64,000 bases of DNA from Alphaproteobacteria bacterium (GTDB taxonomy: Bacteria > Pseudomonadota > Alphaproteobacteria > Bin95): NCBI GenBank assembly GCA_964291285.2, contig OZ219788.1, forward strand, positions 352,001-416,000, read 5' to 3'. Under the pieces are notes generated by a model. It was not told the origin of the DNA and made no database searches. It saw nothing but the letters and a program-made list of their open reading frames with translations. Made by a program: the position numbers and the translations under genes. Positions 10,347 to 22,084 of the stretch are shown piece after piece (the first letter of the stretch is position 1; the number at the start of each line of letters is the position of its first letter).

Positions 10347-11768
10347 TCAGGCCGTGTCCAGCGGCAATGCCACGAACCGGTCCCTGTTCTCCCGCCTGAG
10401 GAGCATGAGCACGGCCTTGCGGCCGGCCGTCCTGAGCTCGGCGACGATCCCTTCCACATCGCCGGGCGTCTCGACAGCCCGGCGGTCCACCGAAAGGAGC
10501 ACATCGCCTTCGCGCACGCCCTTGCGGGCAGCCGGGCTGCCGGGCATCACATCGGCAACCACGACCTTGCCGTCCGCCACGCCGAGATCGAGCCCCGCAA
10601 AGCCGCCTTCGGGCACACCGGCTTTCGCGACTTCGTTGCCGGCCGGCATGGCGGCAAGCACCGCCTCCACGCTCGCCTCCGCGCCGTTCCGCCAGAGCTT
10701 CAGCCTCACCGTCCGGCCGGGGTCCCGCTCGGCGATCATGCGAGGCAGGCGCCGCATTTCGACCACGCGCTCGCCGTCCACCCCCAGGATTACGTCGCCC
10801 GCCTTCAGGCCCGCTGCGGCCGCCGGTCCGGAAGGATCGACCGAGGCCACAAGCGCGCCTTCGGGCTGTTCGAGGCCGAGGCTTTCCGCAAGGTCTTCGC
10901 CGACATGCTGGATGCGGACGCCGAGCTGCCCGCGCTCGACCGCGCCGTTTGCCTTCAACTCCGCCACGATGTCGTTCGCGAGAGCCGAGGGCACGGCGAA
11001 ACCGATGCCGACATTGCCGCCGTTGGGCGAGAAGATCGCCGTGTTCACGCCGATGACCTCGCCCTGGAGGTTGAAGGCCGGGCCGCCGGAATTGCCGCGG
11101 TTGATCGGGGCGGAAATCTGGAGGAAGTCGTCATAGGGGCCCGCGCCGATCTGGCGCCCGCGCGCGGAGACGATGCCGGCCGTGGCGGAATGGCCGAGAC
11201 CGAAGGGGTTGCCGACCGCCACCACCCAGTCACCGACCCGCACCTGCCGGGAGTCGCCGAACGCGACGTGCGGCAGTGCTTCCTCCGCCTCCACCTTGAG
11301 GAGGGCGAGGTCCGTCTTCGGGTCGGCGCCGACGAGGCGGGCCGGCAGTTTCCGCTTGTCGTGGAAGGTGACGGCGATCTCCTTCGCGCCCGCCACGACA
11401 TGGTGGTTGGTGACGATATGGCCGTCCGCCGAGATGACGAAGCCGGAGCCGACGCCCGTCGCCGGCTGCCAGTCGCGCCATTTCTCGGGCCAGGGCGCAC
11501 GGTCGCCGAAGAAGCGGCGCATGAACTCCTGCGGACCGGCGGGCATCTCCGCCTTGAGGCTCTTCTCGACGCGGATGTTCACCACGGCGGGCGTCACCCG
11601 CTCGATGGTGCCTGCCAGGCTCGGCAGCGCGGCCGCTGCGGCGTCGGGTGCCCCGGAGGCCTGGAGCGCGCCCACATGGTACGCGCCGCCGGCCGCAAGC
11701 GCGCTCCCGAGCAGGATCGCGGCGACCGTGCGCCGGGCGGGCCGGCTCACAAACAGTCTGGTTTGCAT
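10347..11768 (-). CDS. Do/DegP/HtrA-family periplasmic serine endoprotease with PDZ domains
   Basis: GSGFVIS, TNHHVV, DLALL, INRGNSGGP catalytic motifs and two PDZ-like domains; probable start MQTRLF at 11768. Confidence 0.95.
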   Translation of the reverse strand: MQTRLFVSRPARRTVAAILLGSALAAGGAYHVGALQASGAPDAAAAALPSLAGTIERVTPAVVNIRVEKSLKAEMPAGPQEFMRRFFGDRAPWPEKWRDWQPATGVGSGFVISADGHIVTNHHVVAGAKEIAVTFHDKRKLPARLVGADPKTDLALLKVEAEEALPHVAFGDSRQVRVGDWVVAVGNPFGLGHSATAGIVSARGRQIGAGPYDDFLQISAPINRGNSGGPAFNLQGEVIGVNTAIFSPNGGNVGIGFAVPSALANDIVAELKANGAVERGQLGVRIQHVGEDLAESLGLEQPEGALVASVDPSGPAAAAGLKAGDVILGVDGERVVEMRRLPRMIAERDPGRTVRLKLWRNGAEASVEAVLAAMPAGNEVAKAGVPEGGFAGLDLGVADGKVVVADVMPGSPAARKGVREGDVLLSVDRRAVETPGDVEGIVAELRTAGRKAVLMLLRRENRDRFVALPLDTA

Positions 11769-11854
11769 GAAGTCTTCCCTTCTGCTGACGGTGCGGCGCA
11801 AGCCGCGCTCAGCAGAAGATAAGAACCGGGCCTTACCGGAACCTTGCCGGCGCC

Positions 11855-12835
11855 TTACGATCCGGCAAGGAAGCGGGAGAGAAGCCGCCGGGCGGCCGCG
11901 GCCGGCGCCGCGCGGCCCGCCGCCACCTCGCCTTCCAGCCTGCCGGCCAGCGCGCGGAGCGCGCGGTCGCGCCGGACCGCATCCAGCGCGCCCTCGGAGA
12001 CCTCGTTCCACATCCAGGCGGTCGCCTGCCGGGCCCGTCGTTCCCTCAGCCCGGCGCCCAGCGCCTCGCGGAACGCGCCGACCGCCTCCCAAGCTTCCGG
12101 GATGCCGGCTCCGGTAAGCGCCGAGCAGGTCTGCACCCGGACCGTCCAGCCGGGTGCGGACGAACGCAGCAGGTGGATTGCCGCCTCGTAATCGGCCGCC
12201 GTGCGCCGCGCCTGGCTCTCCAGCTCGCCGTCGGCCTTGTTGACGAGCACCAGGTCGGCAAGCTCGATGATGCCCCGCTTGATGCCCTGGAGTTCGTCGC
12301 CGCCGGCCGGCAGCAGCATGAGCAGGAACATGTCCACCATGTCGGCGACGGCTGTTTCCGACTGGCCGACCCCGACCGTCTCGACCAGCACCACGTCGAA
12401 GCCGGCGGCCTCGCAGGCGAGCATCGCCTCGCGCGTGCGCCGCGCGACGCCGCCGAGCGTCGTCCCGGCGGGCGAGGGGCGGATGAAGGCGGCGCCGTCC
12501 CGCGCGAGCGCTTCCATGCGCGTCTTGTCGCCCAGAATGGAGCCGCCCGAGCGCTTCGAACTCGGATCGACCGCAAGCACGGCGACCCGGTGGCCCGCCT
12601 CGATGAGGTGCCGGCCGAACGCCTCGATGAAGGTCGATTTCCCGACCCCCGGCGAACCGCTGACGCCGAGCCTCACCGACCGGCCGGCCTCCGGTAGCAG
12701 CGCCTCCAGAAGCGCATCGGCCCGGTCCCGGTGGTCGGGGCGCGAGGACTCGATCAGCGTGATCGCGCGCGCCAGCGCCCGGCGTTCACCCGTGAGCACC
12801 GCCGCCGCGAGGCGGGAAGGGTCGGTCTCCTCCAT
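11855..12835 (-). CDS. meaB: Methylmalonyl-CoA mutase-associated GTPase MeaB
   Basis: [39 protein letters not shown]; adjacent to the mutase gene. Confidence 0.95.
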   Translation of the reverse strand: MEETDPSRLAAAVLTGERRALARAITLIESSRPDHRDRADALLEALLPEAGRSVRLGVSGSPGVGKSTFIEAFGRHLIEAGHRVAVLAVDPSSKRSGGSILGDKTRMEALARDGAAFIRPSPAGTTLGGVARRTREAMLACEAAGFDVVLVETVGVGQSETAVADMVDMFLLMLLPAGGDELQGIKRGIIELADLVLVNKADGELESQARRTAADYEAAIHLLRSSAPGWTVRVQTCSALTGAGIPEAWEAVGAFREALGAGLRERRARQATAWMWNEVSEGALDAVRRDRALRALAGRLEGEVAAGRAAPAAAARRLLSRFLAGS

Positions 12836-12848
12836 GCGTTCCGGGCGC

Positions 12849-14999
<2,151 letters not shown>

Positions 15000-15078
15000 G
15001 GCAGCCTCTCCCTCCGTCCGGCGGGCCGACCCATATTACCGCGACTCGGCGGCGGGGCGTCAGTCCGCCCGCCGGGCG

Positions 15079-15369
15079 TCAGTCCGCCCCGTCCACAGCG
15101 ATGAACTCGCCGACGCCGGCATGCGCCCTGAGCGCCCTGATCTCGGTATATTCCGGCGAGTTGTAGAATTCCTTCGCCCGTTCGAGCGAGGGAAACTCGA
15201 TGATGACCATGCGGTCGCTGAACTCGGGGCCCTCGAGCGTCACCGTTTCGCCGCCGCGTGCGATGAAGCGTCCGCCGAAGGAGGCGACGCAATCGGGCGT
15301 GCGGGCGGCATAGCGCTTGTACTGCTCGGGATCGGTCACCTTCATGCGGACGACGATATAGGCGCTCAT
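15079..15369 (-). CDS. DUF1330-family protein
   Basis: FGGRFIARGG...LEG...VIIEFPS...FYNSPEY pattern. Confidence 0.9.
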   Translation of the reverse strand: MSAYIVVRMKVTDPEQYKRYAARTPDCVASFGGRFIARGGETVTLEGPEFSDRMVIIEFPSLERAKEFYNSPEYTEIRALRAHAGVGEFIAVDGAD

Positions 15370-15430
15370 CGGGGGCTTCTCCTTCCTGCCGGCGGACTTC
15401 GACCGGCATCCACTCTACCGCAGCTCCGGT

Positions 15431-15997
15431 TCACGGGACATGAGGCCGGGGCATCATCGCCGTGCCGGCCTCGCGGTCCGTCAGGGCGGGGTAGCGGCGT
15501 GGGCGGAACAGCTGGTAGTGCCACCATTCGCGCATGTAGAAGTCCCAGCCCGCCGCGCTCATCAGGCCGAGCAGCAGGGCGCGGTTGCGCTGCGCTTCCG
15601 GGGAAACCGCCGCAGACCCGTGATGCGAGGCGGGCGTGAGGTCGTCGAAGCCCGTGCCCATGTCGAGCGGCTTGTCGTCCGGCCCGGTGAGCGTCAGATC
15701 GACGGCGACGCCGCGCGTGTGGATGCCGCCCCGGCGCGGGTCGCTGATGTAGGCCGGGTCCGGGACGGCGCGCCAGAGCGCCCATTGCGCCTCCAGCGGC
15801 CGGAAGGCGTCGAACAGCAGCAGGCCGAGCCCCTGCGCCTGCGCGAGCTCCGCCGCCTGGACCAGCGCCGCCTCCGCCTCCGGCACCAGCCACGCGGCCG
15901 GGCGGGAATAGATCGGCTTGCCCGCGACATTGTCCGCCCGCGCATAGGCGATATCGAAGGCGATGCCGTGGCGCTCCGGCGACAGTTCGACAAGCAT
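15431..15997 (-). CDS. ddpX: D-alanyl-D-alanine dipeptidase (VanX/M15D)
   Basis: FDAFRP, HTRGVAVDLTL, LDMGTGFD, EWWHYQ; start MLVEL at 15997. Confidence 0.93.
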   Translation of the reverse strand: MLVELSPERHGIAFDIAYARADNVAGKPIYSRPAAWLVPEAEAALVQAAELAQAQGLGLLLFDAFRPLEAQWALWRAVPDPAYISDPRRGGIHTRGVAVDLTLTGPDDKPLDMGTGFDDLTPASHHGSAAVSPEAQRNRALLLGLMSAAGWDFYMREWWHYQLFRPRRYPALTDREAGTAMMPRPHVP

Positions 15998-16008
15998 GGC
16001 GCCGGACT

Positions 16009-16482
16009 CTAGCGGGCGGAACCGGGTTCGAGGAAGATCAGGACGATCCCGGCCGCGACCATCGCGGTTCCGGCGAATTGCCGCCAGCCGAAGCTTTCGC
16101 CGAAGACGACCGCCGAGGCGACCGCCGCGATGACGACGGTGCCTGCGACGATCACCGGAATCGCCACCCCGGCCCGCATGGGCCTGTCCAGGCCGGTCCC
16201 GCCGAAGAGGTAGAAATACCCGATCTCCGCGGCGCCGATGCACAGGCCGGCCAGCACGGCCCACAAATACGCCCTCGGCGCGAGCGCGAAGACATGGCCC
16301 CCCTGCGCCGCCAGGAAGCCCAGGAACAGCACCGAGGTCGAAAGCGCCGCGACCTGCAGGCAGACGGTCGCCAGCACCGTCGTGGTGGCCGACGCCGGGA
16401 CATGGGCTCCCGACAGCTTGATCAGCAGGTTGTAGCCCGCATAGAGCAGCGTCACCGCCGCCAGGAGCATCGCCGCGACCAT
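16009..16482 (-). CDS. EamA/DMT-like membrane protein
   Basis: About five hydrophobic segments; ends FGESFGWRQFAGTAMVAAGIVLI. Confidence 0.75.
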   Translation of the reverse strand: MVAAMLLAAVTLLYAGYNLLIKLSGAHVPASATTTVLATVCLQVAALSTSVLFLGFLAAQGGHVFALAPRAYLWAVLAGLCIGAAEIGYFYLFGGTGLDRPMRAGVAIPVIVAGTVVIAAVASAVVFGESFGWRQFAGTAMVAAGIVLIFLEPGSAR

Positions 16483-16520
16483 GAGCGCCCTCCCTCCGTT
16501 TCCCGGGCAGGCCGGATCGC

Positions 16521-17156
16521 TCAGGCGACCCTCATCCTGCCGTAGCTGTCCATCGCCGCCAGCACTTCGTCCAGGGACCGCCGGGCGCCGGTCTGCAGAT
16601 ATTCCATCGCCCGCAACGCGGCCTCATGCGCCTCCGGGCTGGACCCGGCGACGCAATCCTCGATCACGCGGCAGAAATAGTCGCCCTGGTGGCCGTCGAC
16701 GAAGGTGTAGTGGACGCAGACATCGGTCAGCCCGCCCGTCAGCAGCAGCGTATCGGCCCCGAGCCCCCGCAGCAGGATTTCCAGATCGGTGCCGTAGAAG
16801 GCCGAGTAGCGGCGTTTCTGGACGAGGTAGTCCCCGTCGCGGAAGTCGATCACCTCCTTCGCGAGCGCCGTTTCCGGGTTGTCGTCGAGGCAGTGGACGT
16901 CCTCGCTGCCGTCGAGTTCCCGGCCGAAATCCACCAGGTCGGCCCGGTGGATTTCCTGGATGAAGACGACCGGGATTCCCGCCTCGCGCGCCCGGTCGAT
17001 GGCGAAGCGCGCCCGGGCGACCCGCCCGGCATAGTCCGGCATGTGGGGGATCGAACGGACCTCCTTCTCCACGAAGGCGGATTGCTGGATGTCTATGACG
17101 ATCAGGGCCGGGCGGCCTTCGATCAGCTTGCGTTTCGGATTTCCGGTACCGGTCAT
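16521..17156 (-). CDS. Isochorismatase-family cysteine hydrolase
   Basis: ALIVIDIQ, KRRYSAFYGTDL, TDVCVHYT. Confidence 0.92.
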   Translation of the reverse strand: MTGTGNPKRKLIEGRPALIVIDIQQSAFVEKEVRSIPHMPDYAGRVARARFAIDRAREAGIPVVFIQEIHRADLVDFGRELDGSEDVHCLDDNPETALAKEVIDFRDGDYLVQKRRYSAFYGTDLEILLRGLGADTLLLTGGLTDVCVHYTFVDGHQGDYFCRVIEDCVAGSSPEAHEAALRAMEYLQTGARRSLDEVLAAMDSYGRMRVA

Positions 17157-17204
17157 GCGAGGACCCCGCTTCAAGGTCGGGCCGTTCTGCACCGGCCCAT
17201 GCCG

Positions 17205-18281
17205 TCAGGCCGCCCGGATCCGGGTCCAGGCCGCTTCGTAGAGCCGGGCGGTCTCCTCGCCCCGGTAGAGCGCCGGCTCGCAGGCCGCCAGCGTCTCTTC
17301 CGTCGGGAAGATGCCCGGATTGCCCGTGTAGTCCGCCGGCAGCAGCGCCTTGGCGGCGGCATTGGGCGTGGCGTAGCGGATCGCCTCCGCAATGGCCGCG
17401 CCCGCCTCGGCCTCCAGGATGAAATTGATGAAGGCGTGCGCGTTTTCGGGATGCGGCGCGCCCCGCGGGATGGCGAGCGTATCCTGCCACAGGATCGACC
17501 CCTCGCGCGGCACGACATAGGAGAGGTCGTCGTCCTCCGCCATCGCCTGCAGCATGTCGCCGTTCCATTCCATCGCGATGTCCACCTCGCCGGAGAGCAG
17601 CAGGTCCTGCCCGTTGTCCGGCGCGAACAGCCTGAGATGCGGCTTCTGCGCGACGATCAGCTTTTCGGCCGCCCCGACGATCTCCGGATCGGCCGTGTTG
17701 AGCGGATGGCCCATATATTTGAAGGCCGCGCCCAGCACTGTGCCCGCCTCGCTCAGCAGCGCGCAGCGCCCGCTGTAGCGGTCGGAGTCGTAGAGCCAGC
17801 GCCAGCTGTCGGGCACGCCGTCGCAGCGGGACTTGCGGTAGCCGATCCCCATCGTGCCCCACATATAGGGGATGGAGTGGCGCCGGCCGGGGTCGAAGGC
17901 GGCGTCCCGGAAGGCCGGCTCGATATTCGCCATGTTGGGAATCGCCGCATGGTCGAGCGGCATGAGCATGCCGGCGGCGATCATGCGCTCGACGAAATCG
18001 TTGGTCGGCACGACCACGTCGTAGCCGGGATTGCCGTCCTTCAGCGTTGCGAACAGCTCGTCATTGTCCGCATAGAGGTCCATCCGGACCGCGATGCCGG
18101 TCAGCGCCCTGAAATCCGCAAGCGTGGTCGCGCCGGTATAGGTGTCCCAGTTGTAGAAATTGAGCCTGGGCTCCTCGCCGGCGGGCGCCGCTCCCGGCAG
18201 GAAGGAGAGGCCCGCCGCCGCCGCGCCCGCGCCTGCGAGGAAGCGGCGGCGCGTCGGCCGGATTCCGAAAGCCGTGCGCAT
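17205..18281 (-). CDS. Polyamine ABC transporter substrate-binding protein (PotD/PotF-like), Tat signal
   Basis: TRRRFL signal, LNFYNWDTY, YDVVVPT, SIPYMWGTMGIGY, EWNGD. Confidence 0.93.
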   Translation of the reverse strand: MRTAFGIRPTRRRFLAGAGAAAAGLSFLPGAAPAGEEPRLNFYNWDTYTGATTLADFRALTGIAVRMDLYADNDELFATLKDGNPGYDVVVPTNDFVERMIAAGMLMPLDHAAIPNMANIEPAFRDAAFDPGRRHSIPYMWGTMGIGYRKSRCDGVPDSWRWLYDSDRYSGRCALLSEAGTVLGAAFKYMGHPLNTADPEIVGAAEKLIVAQKPHLRLFAPDNGQDLLLSGEVDIAMEWNGDMLQAMAEDDDLSYVVPREGSILWQDTLAIPRGAPHPENAHAFINFILEAEAGAAIAEAIRYATPNAAAKALLPADYTGNPGIFPTEETLAACEPALYRGEETARLYEAAWTRIRAA

Positions 18282-18480
18282 CGGCGCCTCCCTGGGCTTT
18301 CCGGGGCAGGATCCCGGCGAGTGTCGAGCCGGCGCGGGGAGAAGTCAAACGCCGGCGGGCGCCGCCCTGCCGACGGTCCCGGCCCCGACAGCGTCGCCCG
18401 CGACGTCGTGCCGGCCGCTGTCGCGCGCCGCGCCTTATACCACCCTTCGCGAGCCGGAGCCGGCGGCCGGCGGGACCCCC

Positions 18481-18744
18481 CGGAAATGTCATGGAATGTC
18501 ATGTTTCGTCATGCGGCCGGTCTCCGCCCCGGTCGTTCGCAAGGCATCGCAGCCTCCTTGGCCGAGCCATGGTCCCGGACGCCCCCGTTGCCGGAGGAGC
18601 GCCGCCCGCCCGCGCATAATGCGCGCCTGCCCGTGCGTGCGCGCCCGCCCGCGCGAGGCGGCGGGACCGGCCTCCCCACCGTGGATGTCATGGAATGTCA
18701 TGTTTCGTCATGGAGTCCTGCGGAAATGTCATGGAATGTCATGG
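18481..18744. repeat. Three clusters of 10-bp-period TGTCATG repeats (consensus CGGAAATGTCATGGAATGTCATGTTTCGTCATG)
   Basis: Seen at 18481-18513, 18685-18712 and 18721-18744; related copies at 47964-47981 and 48106-48120 on the opposite strand. Confidence 0.9.
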
Positions 18745-18855
18745 TCCGCTGTCGTCTCCGCCTCTGCGGGCCGGCGCGGCGCGGGCTTGGGCTGCGGGTG
18801 CGAGGCGCTCCGGCAGCATCGCCGCCAGTGCGGGGCGGGGGTCGGTTGCGGTCAT
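18739..18855 (-). CDS. Putative 38-aa peptide in the porin-divergent leader
   Basis: GGAGAGGAGAGACG-ATG; MTATDPRPALAAMLPERLAPAAQARAAPARRGGDDSGP*; conserved in copy 2. Confidence 0.4.
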   Translation of the reverse strand: MTATDPRPALAAMLPERLAPAAQARAAPARRGGDDSGP

Positions 18856-19066
18856 CGTCTCTCCTCTCCGACGGGGAGCGGGTCCCTGTTTCGCGCGTAT
18901 CCCGCGCGGGCGCGTGTCGGCGCCGGCGCGGTTCGCGCGCCTGATTGCGCGCGCGAGGCGGAGGACGCACGTCTCCCGTCGGCTTCTCACGGGTTTTCAG
19001 AAACTGGCGCCGCCCGGCCGCGCGGCACCCGGGGACGCGGCTCCGGAGTCCGCTTCCCTGGGGACC

Positions 19067-19093
19067 ATCATACCACAATCCGCCAGATGTCAA
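19067..19093 (-). promoter_or_regulatory. Sigma70-like promoter directed away from the porin
   Basis: TTGACA-15 bp-TATGAT with a TG extended -10 and an AT-rich upstream tract; identical in copy 2. The spacer is short. Confidence 0.55.
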
Positions 19094-19366
19094 GATCAAA
19101 ACACGAATAAAAATCAAACTTATCCGAAATTGTTCATATTCCGCTTGCGGGAGAGGCAGGGAGAGGGCCTTGCGGACGGTCCTTCCTCCGGCCCGGGGAC
19201 GCCGGCGCGGACTCCCCACCGGCGGGCGTGACCTGTTGCAGCGGCGCCACACATTCGCCAATCAGATAATTCCGTCCCTGAAAATCGGAAAATCAAGCCT
19301 TTTGCCGCCGCAAAACCGCAACAGGAATTATGGGCAATTTCAGCAGAACGTCCCGCAACGGGGATT

Positions 19367-20641
19367 ATGAGAAATTTCCTCATGACGACCGCAGCCGCCG
19401 GCGCTCTGGCATGCGCCGGAGTCATGGCGGCGGGGCCGGCTTCGGCGGCTGACATGTTGTCGGTCGGCGTCGGCGGTTACATGGAACAGTGGGTGGGCTA
19501 CGCCAACCGCGACGACAGCGGCGCGGACGGCGGCATCACCGTGCAGTCGGACTCGGAAATCTATTTCCAGGGTTCGCTGGAAGCCGACAGCGGGCTCAAG
19601 TTCACGGTCCATGTGCAGCTTGAGGCCAACAACGACGAAGACAAGATCGGGGACGACACCCCCGAAAACACCGAGATCGACGAGTCGTTCGCGCGCATGA
19701 GCGGCGAGTTCGGCACGATCGAGATCGGCCAGCGCGACCCGATCCATGCGCGCACGCATTATGCGGCGGCGTTCGGCGCGGGCGTCGGCCTGAACGCCGG
19801 CGACACGCAGAAGTGGATCCCGGGCGCCTATCTGGAGACCGCCGGCTGGACGATCCCGGGCGACGACCTGGGCGTGATCTACATCACCCCGCGCGTGAAC
19901 GGCGTGCAGGTGGGCGTGTCCTACCACCCGGACTCGACGAACGAGGACGCCCCGACCAGGGCGCCGGAAAACAACGACAACGCCGCCATGGCCGCGGGCA
20001 TCAACTTCAACCACACCATCGGCGATATGTCGGTCAAGGTCTCACTGGGGCATGTCAACGTCTCGAACCCCGGCAGCCTGTCGTACAACGCGGAGAACTC
20101 CGCCGCCGATAGCGACGACATGATGAAGGGCTTCGAGGACAAGACCTTCACCAATGCGGGCCTGTCGATCGGCATGGGCGCGTTCACCTTCCAGGCCTCC
20201 TACGCCACCCGCGACGACGGCGGCTATGTGGCGGAGTGCTGGACCGGTGCCGGCACGGAGGATGCGGCCCTAGTTGACTGCGGCAAACTGCCGGAGGACT
20301 TGGCCCATACGGCGGCCGACGAAGCGACCGGTGTTTACCCGAACATTGACCCCGATGGTGCTAATACTCCCATCAACGGCATCCTCGCCGTCGAGGACAA
20401 GTCGGGCCAGCACGACACCTTCGCCATCGGCATCGGCTACACGGACGGCCCGATGTCGGTGAGCATCGGCCACATGGTCCGCGATGCCGAGAACGGCGAC
20501 GAGCGGACCGCGACCATGGTCTCGGCCGGCTACAAGCTGGCGCCGGGCGTGGACTGGAAGACCTCGATCTTCGGCGTCGAGGACACCGCCAAGGGCACGG
20601 AAGGCACCGCCTTCGTGACCGGCATCGACATCCACTTCTAG
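19367..20641 (+). CDS. Gram-negative porin (alphaproteobacterial type), 424 aa
   Basis: Signal peptide, DSEIYFQGS..DSGLKF.VHVQLE, IDESFARMSGEFG.IEIG, YITPRVNG, terminal Phe. Confidence 0.93.
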   Translation: MRNFLMTTAAAGALACAGVMAAGPASAADMLSVGVGGYMEQWVGYANRDDSGADGGITVQSDSEIYFQGSLEADSGLKFTVHVQLEANNDEDKIGDDTPENTEIDESFARMSGEFGTIEIGQRDPIHARTHYAAAFGAGVGLNAGDTQKWIPGAYLETAGWTIPGDDLGVIYITPRVNGVQVGVSYHPDSTNEDAPTRAPENNDNAAMAAGINFNHTIGDMSVKVSLGHVNVSNPGSLSYNAENSAADSDDMMKGFEDKTFTNAGLSIGMGAFTFQASYATRDDGGYVAECWTGAGTEDAALVDCGKLPEDLAHTAADEATGVYPNIDPDGANTPINGILAVEDKSGQHDTFAIGIGYTDGPMSVSIGHMVRDAENGDERTATMVSAGYKLAPGVDWKTSIFGVEDTAKGTEGTAFVTGIDIHF

Positions 20642-20669
20642 ACCGTCTCCCTCACCGGGAACTGACGGG

Positions 20670-20699
20670 CGGGCCGCCTCCGGGCGGCCCGCTTTTTTT
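20670..20699 (+). terminator. Rho-independent terminator of porin 1
   Basis: GCGGGCCGCC-TCC-GGGCGGCCCGC hairpin followed by a run of T. Confidence 0.9.
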
Positions 20700-20771
20700 C
20701 CGTGGCCGGCGGCCAGCAGGCAAGCCGCCCGCCCCCAGCCGCCGCCCGTTTGATACCGGCCGGATACCGCC

Positions 20772-21239
20772 CTAGTCCTGCCGTCCTTCGAGGTCCAGTT
20801 CCGGTTCCGCGACTGCGGGCTCTTCGATGGCGAGGGGCGGGCTGCCGATCCGCCCGCTATTGCCGATCAGGGCCGCGTCGAAGGTGTTCAGCACGTCAAC
20901 CCCGGCAGCGAGCGCCGAGGCGACATGAACGGAATCCCTCGGATGAACGCCATGATCCCATACCAGGTCGCGCGCCGCCTCCGAGATCCGCCGCGTCAGC
21001 ATCATCGTTCGGATGGACGGGCGGTTGAAGAAGGCTTCAACCGTTGCGCGCCGCTCCGCCGGCAAGGCGTCCCTGGGCCGAAGCCGCAAAACCTCGGTGA
21101 GGGTGAACACGCTTGTCACGATCCCGATTTCGCCGCGCTCCGCCAGCAGCAATACATCCGAGCATCTATCGGCCCGGCCGTCCTCCTCCTGCAGGTATGC
21201 GAGGAAACAGTTCGAGTCCCAGTACCGGCGCTCCACCAT
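20772..21239 (-). CDS. PIN-domain (VapC-like) protein
   Basis: YWDSNCFL, TSVFTLTEVL, DSVHVASAL, NTFD. Confidence 0.88.
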   Translation of the reverse strand: MVERRYWDSNCFLAYLQEEDGRADRCSDVLLLAERGEIGIVTSVFTLTEVLRLRPRDALPAERRATVEAFFNRPSIRTMMLTRRISEAARDLVWDHGVHPRDSVHVASALAAGVDVLNTFDAALIGNSGRIGSPPLAIEEPAVAEPELDLEGRQD

Positions 21240-21916
21240 CAACCGGAAGCAAGCAGTCCGCGGAATTCGCCGACCGGGGTTTCGTCGTAGGGGAACAATT
21301 CGACTTCCTCGGCCCTGATGCTTGTCGGCACCCCTGCCCGGTCGTAGTGAACCATGCCGTGAGCCGCGACACGCTGTCTCCACATGCCCTGCATGGACTC
21401 GACGAGATCATCCGGCACAGTGCATCGCACAGCCATATTCCAGACCGGTTCGGAAATCGTGAAGTGGAGGCGGCCCCGGGCACTCAGGGTATCGAGAGTG
21501 CCTTCGACGGTGCCATATTCGGCTATCCGGCTCGGGTGCCGAACGGTCTCCCGCCGGTCTTCGGCCAGGATATCCCGGCGGTCCGCGCCTGCCAGAAGGC
21601 GCGTTGCCGGAACCGCACGCGGAAACCGGTGAAGACTCCTGCGGATGCGCCCCGTCGGTTCCCGCACGGTTTCATGAATCCGGCTGGCCGTTTCGGTGTC
21701 GGTCGCCGCCGGCAGATTGGCCGCAATCAACACGCTGCCCTCGGAGACCGAAATCTCCCAGTGAACGGCATCGGGGTCGCCACAGGCTTCTTCCGAAATC
21801 TCGCTCAGCAATCCGGTGAAGGCCCGCACGACCCGCTGGAAATCGCGGTAAGGCACCTTGCCTGGACCGAGTTCCAGAGTCAGGGCGGGGGTATCTTCGG
21901 CGGCGGCCATGCTCAT
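21239..21916 (-). CDS. Hypothetical protein translationally coupled to the PIN gene
   Basis: GGGAGG RBS before MSMAAAED; its stop overlaps the PIN start at 21239; beta-rich C-terminus (YGTVEGTLDTLS). Confidence 0.75.
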   Translation of the reverse strand: MSMAAAEDTPALTLELGPGKVPYRDFQRVVRAFTGLLSEISEEACGDPDAVHWEISVSEGSVLIAANLPAATDTETASRIHETVREPTGRIRRSLHRFPRAVPATRLLAGADRRDILAEDRRETVRHPSRIAEYGTVEGTLDTLSARGRLHFTISEPVWNMAVRCTVPDDLVESMQGMWRQRVAAHGMVHYDRAGVPTSIRAEEVELFPYDETPVGEFRGLLASG

Positions 21917-22084
21917 TGCCTCCCGAACAGGGGCGAAGCCTACGCCATGGACGGGCCCCGGTAAAGCAACCGCCTGGCCTCGATGCCCGGCAAGGCGCCG
22001 GCAGCGCGCCCGCGCCCGCCCCTGCATGTCTCCGGGCCGCCGCCGCGGCTATAGTGGCGGCGGCGGAGGCGAACGGAGGTCGGG

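Larger units (their letters stand above)
18727..20705 (+). repeat. Porin cassette copy 1 (leader + porin + terminator), inverted paralogue of 45648-47981
   Basis: Near identity over 18727-19520 and 20642-20705 with the reverse complement of copy 2; patchy identity within the porin. Confidence 0.92.

Noticed and set aside
18481-18744. CRISPR array
   Set aside because: Only three irregular clusters with internal 10-bp periodicity, gaps of ~8 and ~170 bp, and no cas genes. Reported as a non-CRISPR repeat instead.
19367-20641. Diversity-generating retroelement acting on the porins
   Set aside because: No reverse transcriptase and no template/variable repeat pair differing only at adenines in the window.
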